Positions 7,769 through 16,668 of a DNA stretch of 64,000 bases are shown piece by piece. This DNA comes from Gemmatimonadales bacterium (lineage in GTDB: Bacteria > Gemmatimonadota > Gemmatimonadetes > Gemmatimonadales > GWC2-71-9), in contig JBBSHB010000002.1 of NCBI GenBank assembly GCA_038253515.1, forward strand, positions 824 to 64,823, given 5' to 3'. Within the stretch, counting starts at the first letter, position 1. Every line of letters begins with the position of its first letter. The position numbers and the translations under genes are program-made. The notes below the pieces were generated by a model that ran no database searches, had not been told where the DNA came from, and was given only the letters and a program-made list of their open reading frames with translations.

Positions 7769-8607
7769 CAGGGCAGCTCCATGACCAGGCGGTAGGCGTC
7801 GTTCCGTGGCAGCCCGAGCGTTTCGGTCAGCCGCCGCACCACCTCGCGCCGGGTGAGACCTTGGGCCAGCAGCACGGTGGCCTGCTCCACGGCGTCCTCC
7901 GTGCGATCGGAGGGCGCCGCGGGGCCGCCGGTGCCCTGCAGCACGACAGTGATCTCGCCACGCGGGGGAACTTCAGAATAATAGTTCATCAGCTCCCCCA
8001 GCGTGTCGGCCCGAAGCTCCTCGTGCAGCTTGGTCAGCTCGCGAGCTACCAGCGCCGGTCGCTCGGCTCCTGCGGCGGCGGCCAGATCCCGGAGCAACGC
8101 CACCAGGCGGGACGGCGCCTCGAACAGGACGACGCTCCATTCCTCCGCGGCCGCACGGGCCAGGAGCCGGGTCCTCTCGCTCCCCTTGCGAGGCACGAAG
8201 CCGAGGAAGAGATAGCGGTCCGCCGGGAGTCCCGAGGCCGACAGGGCCGTCGCCACGGCCGAAGGGCCCGGGATCGGGATCACCGTGATTCCCTCGGCTC
8301 GCGCCGCGGACACCAGACCGACGCCGGGGTCGCTCACGCCGGGAGTTCCCGCGTCGGACACCAGCGCCACATCCCGGCCCTGCCGCAGGATCTCCAGCAG
8401 AGCCTCCAGCCGGCGCTCCTCCGAGTGCGCGTGGTAGCTGAGCACGGTGGGCGAGGCGCCGAGGTGGGCCAGGAGACCGCGGGTGCGCCGGGTGTCTTCG
8501 GCCGCCACCACCGGGACCGCTCGGAGCAGCTCGCTGGCGCGCGCCGTGAGATCGCCCAGGTTGCCGAGCGGGGTTGCGACGACGTACAGCGTGCCGGGAA
8601 CGCTCAT
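7768..8607 (-). CDS. rsmI: 16S rRNA (cytidine1402-2'-O)-methyltransferase
   Basis: The motif GTLYVVATPLGNLGDLTARASELLRAVPVVAAEDTRRT marks the tetrapyrrole-methylase fold. I chose the internal ATG 8607 because the trxA terminator lies upstream of it. Confidence 0.85.
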   Translation of the reverse strand: MSVPGTLYVVATPLGNLGDLTARASELLRAVPVVAAEDTRRTRGLLAHLGASPTVLSYHAHSEERRLEALLEILRQGRDVALVSDAGTPGVSDPGVGLVSAARAEGITVIPIPGPSAVATALSASGLPADRYLFLGFVPRKGSERTRLLARAAAEEWSVVLFEAPSRLVALLRDLAAAAGAERPALVARELTKLHEELRADTLGELMNYYSEVPPRGEITVVLQGTGGPAAPSDRTEDAVEQATVLLAQGLTRREVVRRLTETLGLPRNDAYRLVMELP

Positions 8608-8629
8608 GGTGCCGGAATGATAGGTCGGG

Positions 8630-8676
8630 AGGGGAAAGACGAAAGGAGTGAAGCGGGCGGCCTCCGGCCCCTTCAC
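8630..8676 (-). terminator. Putative intrinsic terminator of trxA
   Basis: On the minus strand the hairpin GTGAAGGGGCCGGAGGCCGCCCGCTTCAC is followed by TCCTTTCGTCTTTC. Confidence 0.45.
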
Positions 8677-8699
8677 CCCTTCACCGCGGGATCACGGCC

Positions 8700-9038
8700 T
8701 CAGGCGAGGTGCTGCTTGATCTTGCCCTCCAGCGTCGCCTTGGGAACGGCGCCGATGACCGTGTCGACGTGCTGCCCGTTCTTGAAGAAGAGGATGCTGG
8801 GGATCGAGCGTACGTTGAACCGCATCGCGGTCCGCTGATTGGCGTCGACGTCCACCTTGGCCACCTTGGCGCGACCGGCATATTCGCCCGCGAGCTGCTC
8901 GAGAATGGGAGCGACGATGAGGCACGGCCCGCACCAGGTCGCCCAGAAATCGACCAGGACGAGCCCGTTCGCCTGTTCGATTTCGCTGGCGAACGAGGCG
9001 TCGGTCACGTGGACACTCGGAGCATTCGGCGCGGCCAT
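8700..9038 (-). CDS. trxA: Thioredoxin
   Basis: The WCGPC active site is present in LVDFWATWCGPCLIVAPIL. GGAGAA lies upstream of ATG 9038. Confidence 0.9.
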   Translation of the reverse strand: MAAPNAPSVHVTDASFASEIEQANGLVLVDFWATWCGPCLIVAPILEQLAGEYAGRAKVAKVDVDANQRTAMRFNVRSIPSILFFKNGQHVDTVIGAVPKATLEGKIKQHLA

Positions 9039-9093
9039 GATGTTATTCTCCTGTAGTGGATACCTGCTCGACCCAATTCGTCGGAGGGATCGC

Positions 9094-9489
9094 GTGGCTG
9101 ATCGCCCCCGCATCGCGCATGTCGGCGTTGCCGTGCCCGACCTCGACGTGGCCCTCGCCTTCTACCGCGACGTGCTCGGCCTCGAACCCCGCGCCCCCGA
9201 GACGGCCGACGGCGCCACCATCGTCGCCCTGCCATTCGGCGATGCCGAGGTGGAGTTGCTGGCCCCGCTCCGGCCGGACAGTCCCATCGCCCGGTTCCTC
9301 GCCCGGCGGGGCCCCGGTATCCATCACATCTGCTACCGGGTGGCAAATCTGGACACTGCCCTCGAGGCATGTCGTGCTGCCGGATACCGTCTGATCGACG
9401 AGGTTCCCCGCCTCGGCGCCGGCGGCCGCCGCATCGCCTTCGTGCACCCCGCGGCGACGGCTGGGATCCTGCTCGAGCTAACCGAATAA
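9094..9489 (+). CDS. mce: Methylmalonyl-CoA epimerase / VOC (glyoxalase-fold) protein
   Basis: Motifs IAHVGVAVPDLDVALAFYRDVLG, GIHHICYRV and AFVHPAATAGILLEL are present. The start is GTG 9094, preceded by GGAGGG. Confidence 0.8.
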   Translation: MADRPRIAHVGVAVPDLDVALAFYRDVLGLEPRAPETADGATIVALPFGDAEVELLAPLRPDSPIARFLARRGPGIHHICYRVANLDTALEACRAAGYRLIDEVPRLGAGGRRIAFVHPAATAGILLELTE

Positions 9490-9525
9490 GATAACAAGGA
9501 CCGGCGTGGGAGGTTCCCGGATCTA

Positions 9526-9993
9526 CTAGTGGCCGGTGCTGTCTCTCGCCGAGGAAGTGCACGGACGTGCGGGGTTGCCGGCTGCGGCGATGTCCACCTG
9601 GTTGACCAGCCAGCTTCCGTCGCCCATCTGGATTACCACGAACGGTACGACCCAGGTGCAGGCGGAGCGACGGATCTCGACTTGAATGGCGTGCTTGGAG
9701 GGAGGAGTCTCGGGGGTGTCCGACGCGATTCGCGAGTCGTCGTTGCGGAGATACGCCTGCATGACGGCAACCCGGCGCTCGTAATCTGACGGCTGGTGGG
9801 TCTTGGAGGCCGGCCCCGCGGCACTGCCCCAGAGGGAAGCCATCTTGGCCACGTTGCTGTCCGCCACGGCTTGCATGAAGCTCTGTACCGCCTCGGCCGC
9901 GGTGCCCGCCGGCCGCACCGGGGCCGCACCGGCGCCACCACCACCGCAAGCAGCCAGCGCGAGCCCGGCCGCGAACCCCAGTCGCTGAATCAC
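9526..9993 (-). CDS. Hypothetical lipoprotein
   Basis: A lipobox is visible (GLALAACGGGG). I recognise no family. Confidence 0.6.
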   Translation of the reverse strand: MIQRLGFAAGLALAACGGGGAGAAPVRPAGTAAEAVQSFMQAVADSNVAKMASLWGSAAGPASKTHQPSDYERRVAVMQAYLRNDDSRIASDTPETPPSKHAIQVEIRRSACTWVVPFVVIQMGDGSWLVNQVDIAAAGNPARPCTSSARDSTGH

Positions 9994-10052
9994 AACTATC
10001 TCACTGTTCGGATGTTAGCTGGCGAACTTAACCGGCTGTGGAGCCCCGGGCA

Positions 10053-10775
10053 ATGACACCGATCCGGCTGTACATCAACGTCGATCACGTCGCGACGGTG
10101 CGGGAGGCGCGGCGGTCCGACGAGCCCGACCCGTTCGAGGCCGCCCTGCTCTGCGAAGCGGCCGGGGCGGATGGCATCACCGTCCACCTCAGGGAAGACC
10201 GCCGCCACATCCAGGACCGCGACGTCGAGCGCCTGGCACCCGGAGTGAAGGTGCTCAACCTGGAGCTCGCCACCAGCTCGGACGTGGTCGAGGTGGCCTG
10301 CCGCCTGCGGCCCTACCAGGCCACCATCGTCCCCGAACGGCGGGAAGAGGTGACGACCGAGGGCGGTCTCGACCTGGGCCGCCCCAATCCGCGGCTGCGG
10401 GAGACGATTCGCCGGCTCAACGAGGCCGGGGCCCGCGTCAGTCTGTTCGTGGATCCCGACGCCGTCGCGCTCGACGCCGCGAAGGACCTCGGCGTCCCGG
10501 CGGTCGAGCTGCACACCGGCCGCTACGCCCATGGCTGGCGCCAGAGCGATGTCGCGCTCGAGGAGCTCCGGCGGGCGGCGCGTCACGCGGCGGACATGGG
10601 ATTGTTCGTGCACGCGGGTCACGGCCTCACCTACGGGAATGTGGCGCCGGTCGCCGCGATCCCGGAGATCGAGGAGCTCAACATCGGCCACAGCGTCGTG
10701 AGCCGCGCCGTACTGGTGGGGATGCTGGCGGCGGTGACGGAGATGGCCCACTTGGTGCGCGGCGCGAGGCGCTGA
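10053..10775 (+). CDS. pdxJ: Pyridoxine 5'-phosphate synthase
   Basis: Motifs IRLYINVDHVATVREARR and VELHTGRYA are present. The start is either 10038 or 10053. Confidence 0.9.
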   Translation: MTPIRLYINVDHVATVREARRSDEPDPFEAALLCEAAGADGITVHLREDRRHIQDRDVERLAPGVKVLNLELATSSDVVEVACRLRPYQATIVPERREEVTTEGGLDLGRPNPRLRETIRRLNEAGARVSLFVDPDAVALDAAKDLGVPAVELHTGRYAHGWRQSDVALEELRRAARHAADMGLFVHAGHGLTYGNVAPVAAIPEIEELNIGHSVVSRAVLVGMLAAVTEMAHLVRGARR

Positions 10776-10782
10776 TAGCTTA

Positions 10783-12552
10783 GTGGCTATGACCAACCCC
10801 CTGGCCAGCGCCGACTTCTTCGCCCTGGAGGCCGGCGAATGCCTCGACCGCCTCGAGTCCCAGGTCGACCGGGAGACGGCACCGCCCGCCGACGAGTTCC
10901 TGCGCAACGCGCGGGTGCTCCGGGGCTCGGCCCTGATGGCCGGACAGCACGGGATCGCCCGCGCGGCGGCGGGACTCGAGTCGTTGGCCCGGGCGCATCG
11001 GGACCAGCCTCGCGAGTGGGATCCGGCCATCCGGGTGCATCTGGTCCAGGCGGTCGAGGAGTTTCGTCTGCTCATCCGCCGGGTGCGCGACTGGACCGAG
11101 GCGGACTCGGCGCGGGCGTCCCGGCTAGCGTTGGGCCTCGAGTCGCTCGCAGGACCCGCCGAGACCGAGGATCGCGAGCGACGGGGCGAGCACGGCGAGC
11201 TCAATACCGGGGTGCGGGCCTTCGTGGCCCGCGAAGGGGCGCTCATCGCCAGCGCGCTCGACCGGGCGGCGCGCTCCCTCCGCAGCTCGCCGGCCGACCG
11301 CGAGCCGCTCTACACCGTCATCCGGCGGATGCAGTCGTTGCGCGGGCTCGCCGAGCTGGGCGAGCTGATCCCGTTGCCCGAGATCCTGGATGGCATCGAG
11401 CTCGCGGTCGGTGATCTCACCCGGCTCTTCGCCCCGCCGCCCGGTGTGGACGAGGTGATGGGCGCGGCCTCCCAGGCGCTGACCCGGATGTCGCGCGACA
11501 TCGCCGAGCGCGGCCGCCCCGACCCGGAGGCGCCCGAGGCCCGGCGCTTCACCGATCTGCTGCTCCGCGCCTTCGCGGTGGAGCGCGACGTGGTGCCGAT
11601 CGAGTCGCTCTTCTTCGCCGGCGATCCGGAGCCGCACACGCCGCCGCTGGCGCAGCCGCAGTTCGCCGCCCCCGCGCCGCTGGGCCCCCTGGAGCTGGTG
11701 AGTCACGGCGAGCACCTCTGCCAAAGCGCCGATCTCATCGCCAACGCCCACTCGGCGACCGAGCGCGACCTTCGTCTTTACCATCTGCTCGGCGCGCTGC
11801 GGTCGGCGGGCTCCCCCGGACCCGATCCGGTGGCGAGCGCCCTGGCGGTCTTCGCCCGCTCGGCCCGCGAGGCCCTCGCCGTCGGAGTGGCGGCCAGCGC
11901 GACGGCGGCGCTGGTGAGCTGCCTGCGCGAGGCGGGCGAGCTGCTTCGCGCCGTGGCCGACGCCGACGACCGGATGCTCATCTCCCGCCGCATTCTGGAC
12001 GTGGCGTACCGGCTGGACGGGCTGCGCCTCGCCGAGCAGCCCCCCGCGGTCGTCGCGCCGGCCGCTCGAGTGCAGCCGCACGCGCCGGCGGCCGCAGCGG
12101 CACAACCGATCGACGACGAGAAGGACGTCGTCTCCATCGACTCCCTGGTCTACGACGAGCAGCCGGTGTCGATTCTGAGTCTCGCGCCCGATGAAGCGTC
12201 CGAGGACGACGTGGTGCCCATCGCGGCGCTCGCCCCCGATGCACCGGAGTGGGGACTGGAGGCGAGCTTCCGCACCTACGACCGGCTGCGGCGGGAGCGC
12301 GCAGGCGAGCCTCCCTCCTTGAATGCGCTGCTCGGCCGAGCGGCATCCGAGCCGGTCACCCCTCCCGCCCCCGACGTGCAGACGGTGGAGATCGGCGTCC
12401 TCTGCTACCGAGGGCGCGCGGCGCTGGAGCGGGCGGGCCTGGTGCGCCAGCAACTGGCCGACGAGCTCACCCGTCACGGCGGGCTCGAGGCCATTCAGCC
12501 CCTGCTGCAGGAGCTCCTCGACCTCGTTCCGCTCGCGCTTGCCGAATCCTGA
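10783..12552 (+). CDS. Hypothetical protein with Hpt-like N-terminal helices and a repeated VVPIxSL motif
   Basis: Composition is coherent across 589 aa. The N-terminus reads FFALEAGECLDRLESQV..LRNARVLRGSALMAG. The repeats DVVPIESLFF, DVVSIDSLVY and DVVPIAALAP occur later in the protein. Confidence 0.65.
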   Translation: MAMTNPLASADFFALEAGECLDRLESQVDRETAPPADEFLRNARVLRGSALMAGQHGIARAAAGLESLARAHRDQPREWDPAIRVHLVQAVEEFRLLIRRVRDWTEADSARASRLALGLESLAGPAETEDRERRGEHGELNTGVRAFVAREGALIASALDRAARSLRSSPADREPLYTVIRRMQSLRGLAELGELIPLPEILDGIELAVGDLTRLFAPPPGVDEVMGAASQALTRMSRDIAERGRPDPEAPEARRFTDLLLRAFAVERDVVPIESLFFAGDPEPHTPPLAQPQFAAPAPLGPLELVSHGEHLCQSADLIANAHSATERDLRLYHLLGALRSAGSPGPDPVASALAVFARSAREALAVGVAASATAALVSCLREAGELLRAVADADDRMLISRRILDVAYRLDGLRLAEQPPAVVAPAARVQPHAPAAAAAQPIDDEKDVVSIDSLVYDEQPVSILSLAPDEASEDDVVPIAALAPDAPEWGLEASFRTYDRLRRERAGEPPSLNALLGRAASEPVTPPAPDVQTVEIGVLCYRGRAALERAGLVRQQLADELTRHGGLEAIQPLLQELLDLVPLALAES

Positions 12553-13573
12553 GGCAGGCTCGCGGGGAGGAGCGGCGCGGCGCGCCGTTGCCGCCCTGCT
12601 CGGCATCGCGCTCGCCGTGGGCCTGCTGTTCTGGGCGCTTCGGGGGGTGCACCTCTCCGAGGTCCTCCTCCATCTGCGCGCTGCGCGGTCACTCCCCTTG
12701 GCCCTGGCGGTGGTCCTGGCCACCGCCACCTTCCCGCTTCGGCTGGTGCGCTGGCGGCTCCTGCTCCGCGACGAGCGGGGCGGTCCCCTGCCGGCCGGCC
12801 CTCTCTGGCATGCGGTCGCCATCGGGTTCATGGCCAACAACCTGTTGCCCTTCCGCGCGGGCGAGCTGGTCCGCACCTTCGCGGCCACCCGGCTGGCCGG
12901 TGCCCGCTTCAGCGCGGTGCTCTCCTCCATCGTGGTGGAGCGCATCTTCGACGGCCTGGCCGTCGTGGCCCTGCTCATCGTCGCCCTGCTGGCCTCCGAC
13001 TTCCCGCCCGACATCGCGGTCGGCGGGGTCTCGCTCCGGCACGCGGCGCAGGCCGCCGGGACCATGGGCCTGGCGGCGCTGGTCGCCGCCGTGCTCGTGG
13101 TGGCTTTCCCGCTGGCCGCCGAGAGGCTGGTGCGGCGAGTATTACCGGCGGGCCGGGTCACCGACAAGATCGTGGCGCTGCTCGAGGGCATCCGCCACGG
13201 GCTCGCGGTGCTGCGCTCGCCCACCCGGCTGGCGGGGGTCGTGTTCTGGTCCTTCGCGGTCTGGCTGGTCAACGCGTGGGCGTTCTATGTGGGCTTCGAA
13301 GCGTTCGGCATTCCGGTGAGCTTCGTGGGCGCGCTCCTGCTCCAGGGCGTCCTGATCTTCGGCATCACCGTGCAGTTCACTCCCGGCTTCGTGGGCCAGT
13401 TCGAGGCAGCGATCGTGGCCGCGCTCGCGCTCTACGAGGTGCCGAACGCCCTGGCGTCTTCCTACGCGATCGCCTTCCACGCCACCACCTTTCTCCCGAT
13501 CATCCTGCTGGGCGCCTGGTCGCTCGCGCGGACGCCGATCGGCCTCGGCGACCTGCGTCGATCGCAGAGATGA
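12539..13573 (+). CDS. Flippase-like / lysylphosphatidylglycerol-synthase-TM-like membrane protein (UPF0104)
   Basis: It is multi-TM, with the motif AIGFMANNLLPFRAGELVRTFA. The start is uncertain: TTG 12539 is the first candidate after the upstream gene. Confidence 0.7.
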   Translation: MPNPEAGSRGGAARRAVAALLGIALAVGLLFWALRGVHLSEVLLHLRAARSLPLALAVVLATATFPLRLVRWRLLLRDERGGPLPAGPLWHAVAIGFMANNLLPFRAGELVRTFAATRLAGARFSAVLSSIVVERIFDGLAVVALLIVALLASDFPPDIAVGGVSLRHAAQAAGTMGLAALVAAVLVVAFPLAAERLVRRVLPAGRVTDKIVALLEGIRHGLAVLRSPTRLAGVVFWSFAVWLVNAWAFYVGFEAFGIPVSFVGALLLQGVLIFGITVQFTPGFVGQFEAAIVAALALYEVPNALASSYAIAFHATTFLPIILLGAWSLARTPIGLGDLRRSQR

Positions 13574-14460
13574 ACCTGTCCGTCACCGTCTCCCCGCTGG
13601 CCAAGATCAATCTGTTCCTCCGGGTCCTCGGCCGCGAATCGGATGGCTATCACGACATCGAGACACTCTTCTGCCTGGTCAGCCTCGCCGACGAACTCCA
13701 CGCCGAGCGACGGGAAGGCAGGGGGGTGACGATCGAGGTGGAGGGCGCAGATGTGGGGCCGCCGGAGCAGAACTTGGCCCTGCGCGCGGCGACCATGGTC
13801 CTCGAAGCCACCGGCAATCGGTTCGCGGCCCACCTCAGATTGATCAAGAGGATTCCCGCTCGGGCGGGGCTGGGCGGCGGATCCAGCGATGCGGCCGCCG
13901 CGCTCCATGCAGCCAATCACCTGACGGGAAACGCCGTCCCCCGTCATGAGCTGCTGCAGCTCGCGGCCCGTCTCGGGAGCGACGTACCGTTCTTCCTGAC
14001 CGGGGCGCCGCTCGCGCTCGGGTGGGGCCGCGGCGAACGCATGCTGCGGCTCCCTCCGCTTCCTGCCGCCCCCGTGCTCCTGCTCACGCCAGCGACGCCG
14101 ATCGGGACCGCCGAGGCCTATGGCTGGGTGGATGCCGCCCGGCAGTTGGCCGGTCGGCGGGGAGCCGTCGCGCTCGATCTCGATGCGCTGTCCCGCTGGG
14201 GCGACATCGGACGCATGGCCGGTAACGACTTCGAGTCACCGGTGTTCGGCCGTTACCCCCCGCTGCGCGCTGCGTTCGAGGCGCTGGTAGCCACCCATCC
14301 ACTGGTGTGTCGGATGAGCGGCTCCGGGTCGACCCTCTTCGCGGTCTATCGCTCGAGCGGGGAACGCGACGACGCCCGAATGATGCTCGGCCGCCGTCAC
14401 GGCGTCGTGACCGCGGCCGAAACGTTGACGCGATCGGCACCGGGACCGGAGGGGGCCTGA
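13570..14460 (+). CDS. ispE: 4-diphosphocytidyl-2-C-methyl-D-erythritol kinase
   Basis: Motifs KINLFLRVLGRESDGYHDIETLF and PARAGLGGGSSDAAAAL are present. The ATG overlaps the upstream stop. Confidence 0.9.
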   Translation: MNLSVTVSPLAKINLFLRVLGRESDGYHDIETLFCLVSLADELHAERREGRGVTIEVEGADVGPPEQNLALRAATMVLEATGNRFAAHLRLIKRIPARAGLGGGSSDAAAALHAANHLTGNAVPRHELLQLAARLGSDVPFFLTGAPLALGWGRGERMLRLPPLPAAPVLLLTPATPIGTAEAYGWVDAARQLAGRRGAVALDLDALSRWGDIGRMAGNDFESPVFGRYPPLRAAFEALVATHPLVCRMSGSGSTLFAVYRSSGERDDARMMLGRRHGVVTAAETLTRSAPGPEGA

Positions 14461-16208
14461 GCGTGGATTTCAGACCCGGGCTGCAGGCCTGCCAGCCCGA
14501 GCCGCGCGCTGGATTGTCCTAGTCGCACGACCCGGGCGACCGAGGGAACTCCATTCCCGGCGACAACGAACACCATGTAGTCTCCGGGCGGCGCCAGTGT
14601 GGGAGCCGACGGAGCCAGAGCAGTGATCCCGCCGGCGGTCCGGCGGAATTCGAGCCCGTTGAACCGCTGGTTCTGATCGAATCCGTGAGTGACGGCACCC
14701 AGGCGAACCAGGGAGACTGCGGTGATCCGTCCCGCATCTGGACTCCCCAGGATCAGGCTCTCACCGTAGCCGACCCAAGCCGGGGCGCTGGTGATCCTCG
14801 GCCGCGCGCCGAGGAAGAGATAGGGGGGCGAGAAAAGCTCGGCTGACACCTCCCGCGGCAAGTTGGCGCCGTCCCCGCTCCCGGCGTGGAGGAGGCGCCC
14901 GTCAGGCAGCAGAATCGTAGTCGAGTGGTAGACGCGGGTCACGTTGTTGCTCGCCCACGTGATCCACCTGTCCGTTGCCGGATCCCACACTTCGGCGGCG
15001 CGCACCGGGCCCGAGGGATCGGAAAAGCCCGGCGCGCTCGTGCCCCCGGTGGCGACCACCCGCCCGTCCGGCAGCAGCGTCGCGTTGAACTGTCGCCGGG
15101 CGGCGGCCATGGCTCCGGTGGAGCGCCACACCGGCAGCGGATCGGTGAGGTCGATGACCTCCGCCGTACTGGTGGGCGCGCCGTCGGGCGGATCGCTTCC
15201 GCCGACGATGAGCACCTTGCCCGGCCGATACATCACGGCCGACCCATAGTCCCTCTGGCCATACAGCGAGTTCGCCACCGGTGTCCAGGAGCCCGATCCC
15301 GAGGGGTCGAGATAGCCGGTCTCTCTGAGCTCTCCAGCGTAGAACACCAACCCGTTCGGCGCGACGAAGGTTCGTGGGTAGGACGGCAGCGTCCGGGCCG
15401 CACCGAGGAGCTCCGTCCAGCCGCTGCCGTTCCACACCTCTGGCACGGTGACCTGGTCACCGTGCTCGTCCGTTCCCGCCAGGGTCAGGGCCCGACCGTC
15501 CGCGAGCGTCGTATTGGTGGGATACCACCGACCGTGAGCCATCGGGCTCACCGGAATCCAGGTCGTCGTGACCGGGTCGAACAAGTTCGCGTCAGGCAGC
15601 CCGTGATTGTCGCTGAGATGGCCGCCCGCCACCAGCAGCCTGCCGTCAGGCAGGAACGAATGACCGGCACAGAAGAGGTGCGTGGCGCTCGGGACGCCGG
15701 TGAATCCTCCGGTCGACGGATCCCAGACCTGTGGGTCGCCGATCCGGCCCCATGAGAGCACCCGGCCGTCCGGTAGAAGTTGGACGTGCACGGCCACCAC
15801 CGGCCAGGCGAACGGCGGACTCCATTCGCCGACGGTGGCCTCCGGCTCGGGCGGCGCCGGCGAGGGCGTCGGGCACCCGGTGGCCTCATTCGTCACTTCA
15901 CCTGCTGGAGCTCCGTCCAGGTCCAATCTCACCGGCCCCGACCTGACAGTGGTGAGGCGGGTGTGGCTCATCTGGCCGGCCGAGGGGCTCCCGGGCAGAA
16001 TCAGGTCCCCGGATTCGTCTCGCCCCACCACCGTAAACCGCGAGGTGACCTGCGCGGCGTTGCCGTTGGTGAGATCGAAGTCGTTCCCGCACACGTACGT
16101 CAGGCCGACCAGGGTCGGGTCCGGCCTGTCCGCGGCCGGCGTGGTGCTGTCTTGGCAGCTCAGGAGTCCCACACCCAGCGCCACGAGGGTCAAATCGCTG
16201 GGGCGCAT
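14397..16208 (-). CDS. Secreted copper-radical-oxidase-like protein (galactose/glyoxal oxidase family, with a DUF1929-like C-terminal domain)
   Basis: The lipoprotein-like start is MRPSDLTLVALGVGLLSCQ. Motifs matching the galactose oxidase ligands are LFCAGHSFLPDGRLLVAGGH, GRWYPT, VYHSTTILLPDGRLLHAGSG and VTHGFDQNQR. I chose ATG 16208 so that the ORF does not overlap the tRNA. Confidence 0.8.
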   Translation of the reverse strand: MRPSDLTLVALGVGLLSCQDSTTPAADRPDPTLVGLTYVCGNDFDLTNGNAAQVTSRFTVVGRDESGDLILPGSPSAGQMSHTRLTTVRSGPVRLDLDGAPAGEVTNEATGCPTPSPAPPEPEATVGEWSPPFAWPVVAVHVQLLPDGRVLSWGRIGDPQVWDPSTGGFTGVPSATHLFCAGHSFLPDGRLLVAGGHLSDNHGLPDANLFDPVTTTWIPVSPMAHGRWYPTNTTLADGRALTLAGTDEHGDQVTVPEVWNGSGWTELLGAARTLPSYPRTFVAPNGLVFYAGELRETGYLDPSGSGSWTPVANSLYGQRDYGSAVMYRPGKVLIVGGSDPPDGAPTSTAEVIDLTDPLPVWRSTGAMAAARRQFNATLLPDGRVVATGGTSAPGFSDPSGPVRAAEVWDPATDRWITWASNNVTRVYHSTTILLPDGRLLHAGSGDGANLPREVSAELFSPPYLFLGARPRITSAPAWVGYGESLILGSPDAGRITAVSLVRLGAVTHGFDQNQRFNGLEFRRTAGGITALAPSAPTLAPPGDYMVFVVAGNGVPSVARVVRLGQSSARLGLAGLQPGSEIHAQAPSGPGADRVNVSAAVTTP

Positions 16209-16286
16209 GGAACGCGCGGTCCTCAGGCGGGGCACTCGGCCCCGCGGTTTACCACATCGGCTTTCAAGTGTACGTTCCCCCCCAAC

Positions 16287-16357
16287 TGGCCCTTCGTCCA
16301 ACGGCAGGACAGCGGACTTTGGATCCGTTAATGGTGGTTCGAATCCACCAGGGCCAA
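16287..16357 (+). tRNA. tRNA-Gln (anticodon UUG)
   Basis: I folded the cloverleaf by hand. The acceptor stem is TGGCCCT/AGGGCCA, the D arm is GTCC-AACGGCA-GGAC and the anticodon arm is GCGGA-CTTTGGA-TCCGT. The T arm is GGTGG-TTCGAAT-CCACC. A U1:A72 pair is typical of bacterial tRNA-Gln. CCA is not encoded. Confidence 0.85.
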
Positions 16358-16668
16358 TTGAACTTAGCTACGGCTCAGGACGCAGCCAGAAAACTGGTTG
16401 GCGGTAAGGCACTAGATGGCTTGACCTCAGGAAGCTACCTGCCCTCACTTGCTTGCCACCAGCCGCTCGAAGCGCGGGCCCCCGGAGCGGGGCCCAGGTG
16501 TGATCGACCCGCAGAACTGGTACTGAAACGAAGCCAGGCACCGACAGGAGGTAGGCGAGTTGGTCGACGGCGGACTCATTAGTTTCCGCTGACGGTAGCT
16601 AGCACTTCATAGACGCGCGACTCAGGAAGCCCGGTGCTTTCACGCGCTTAAGACAATTCTGCCCGGGG

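Noticed and set aside
14397-14460. 64-nt convergent overlap of the ispE and oxidase-like gene 3' ends
   Set aside because: The oxidase ORF simply runs about 30 codons past the point where its paralog ends (..NGVPS..RL). This is likely a trivial C-terminal extension rather than a regulatory or novel feature.
16268-16582. 104-aa + strand ORF
   Set aside because: It overlaps the tRNA-Gln gene and continues through a region with no coding signal.
16358-16668. Possible gene remnant (integrase or toxin fragment) after the tRNA
   Set aside because: Some minus-strand translations look protein-like (..DQLAYLLSVPGFVSVPVLRVDHTW..). However, there is no start codon, the length is under 60 aa and I see no recognisable motif, so the evidence is insufficient.
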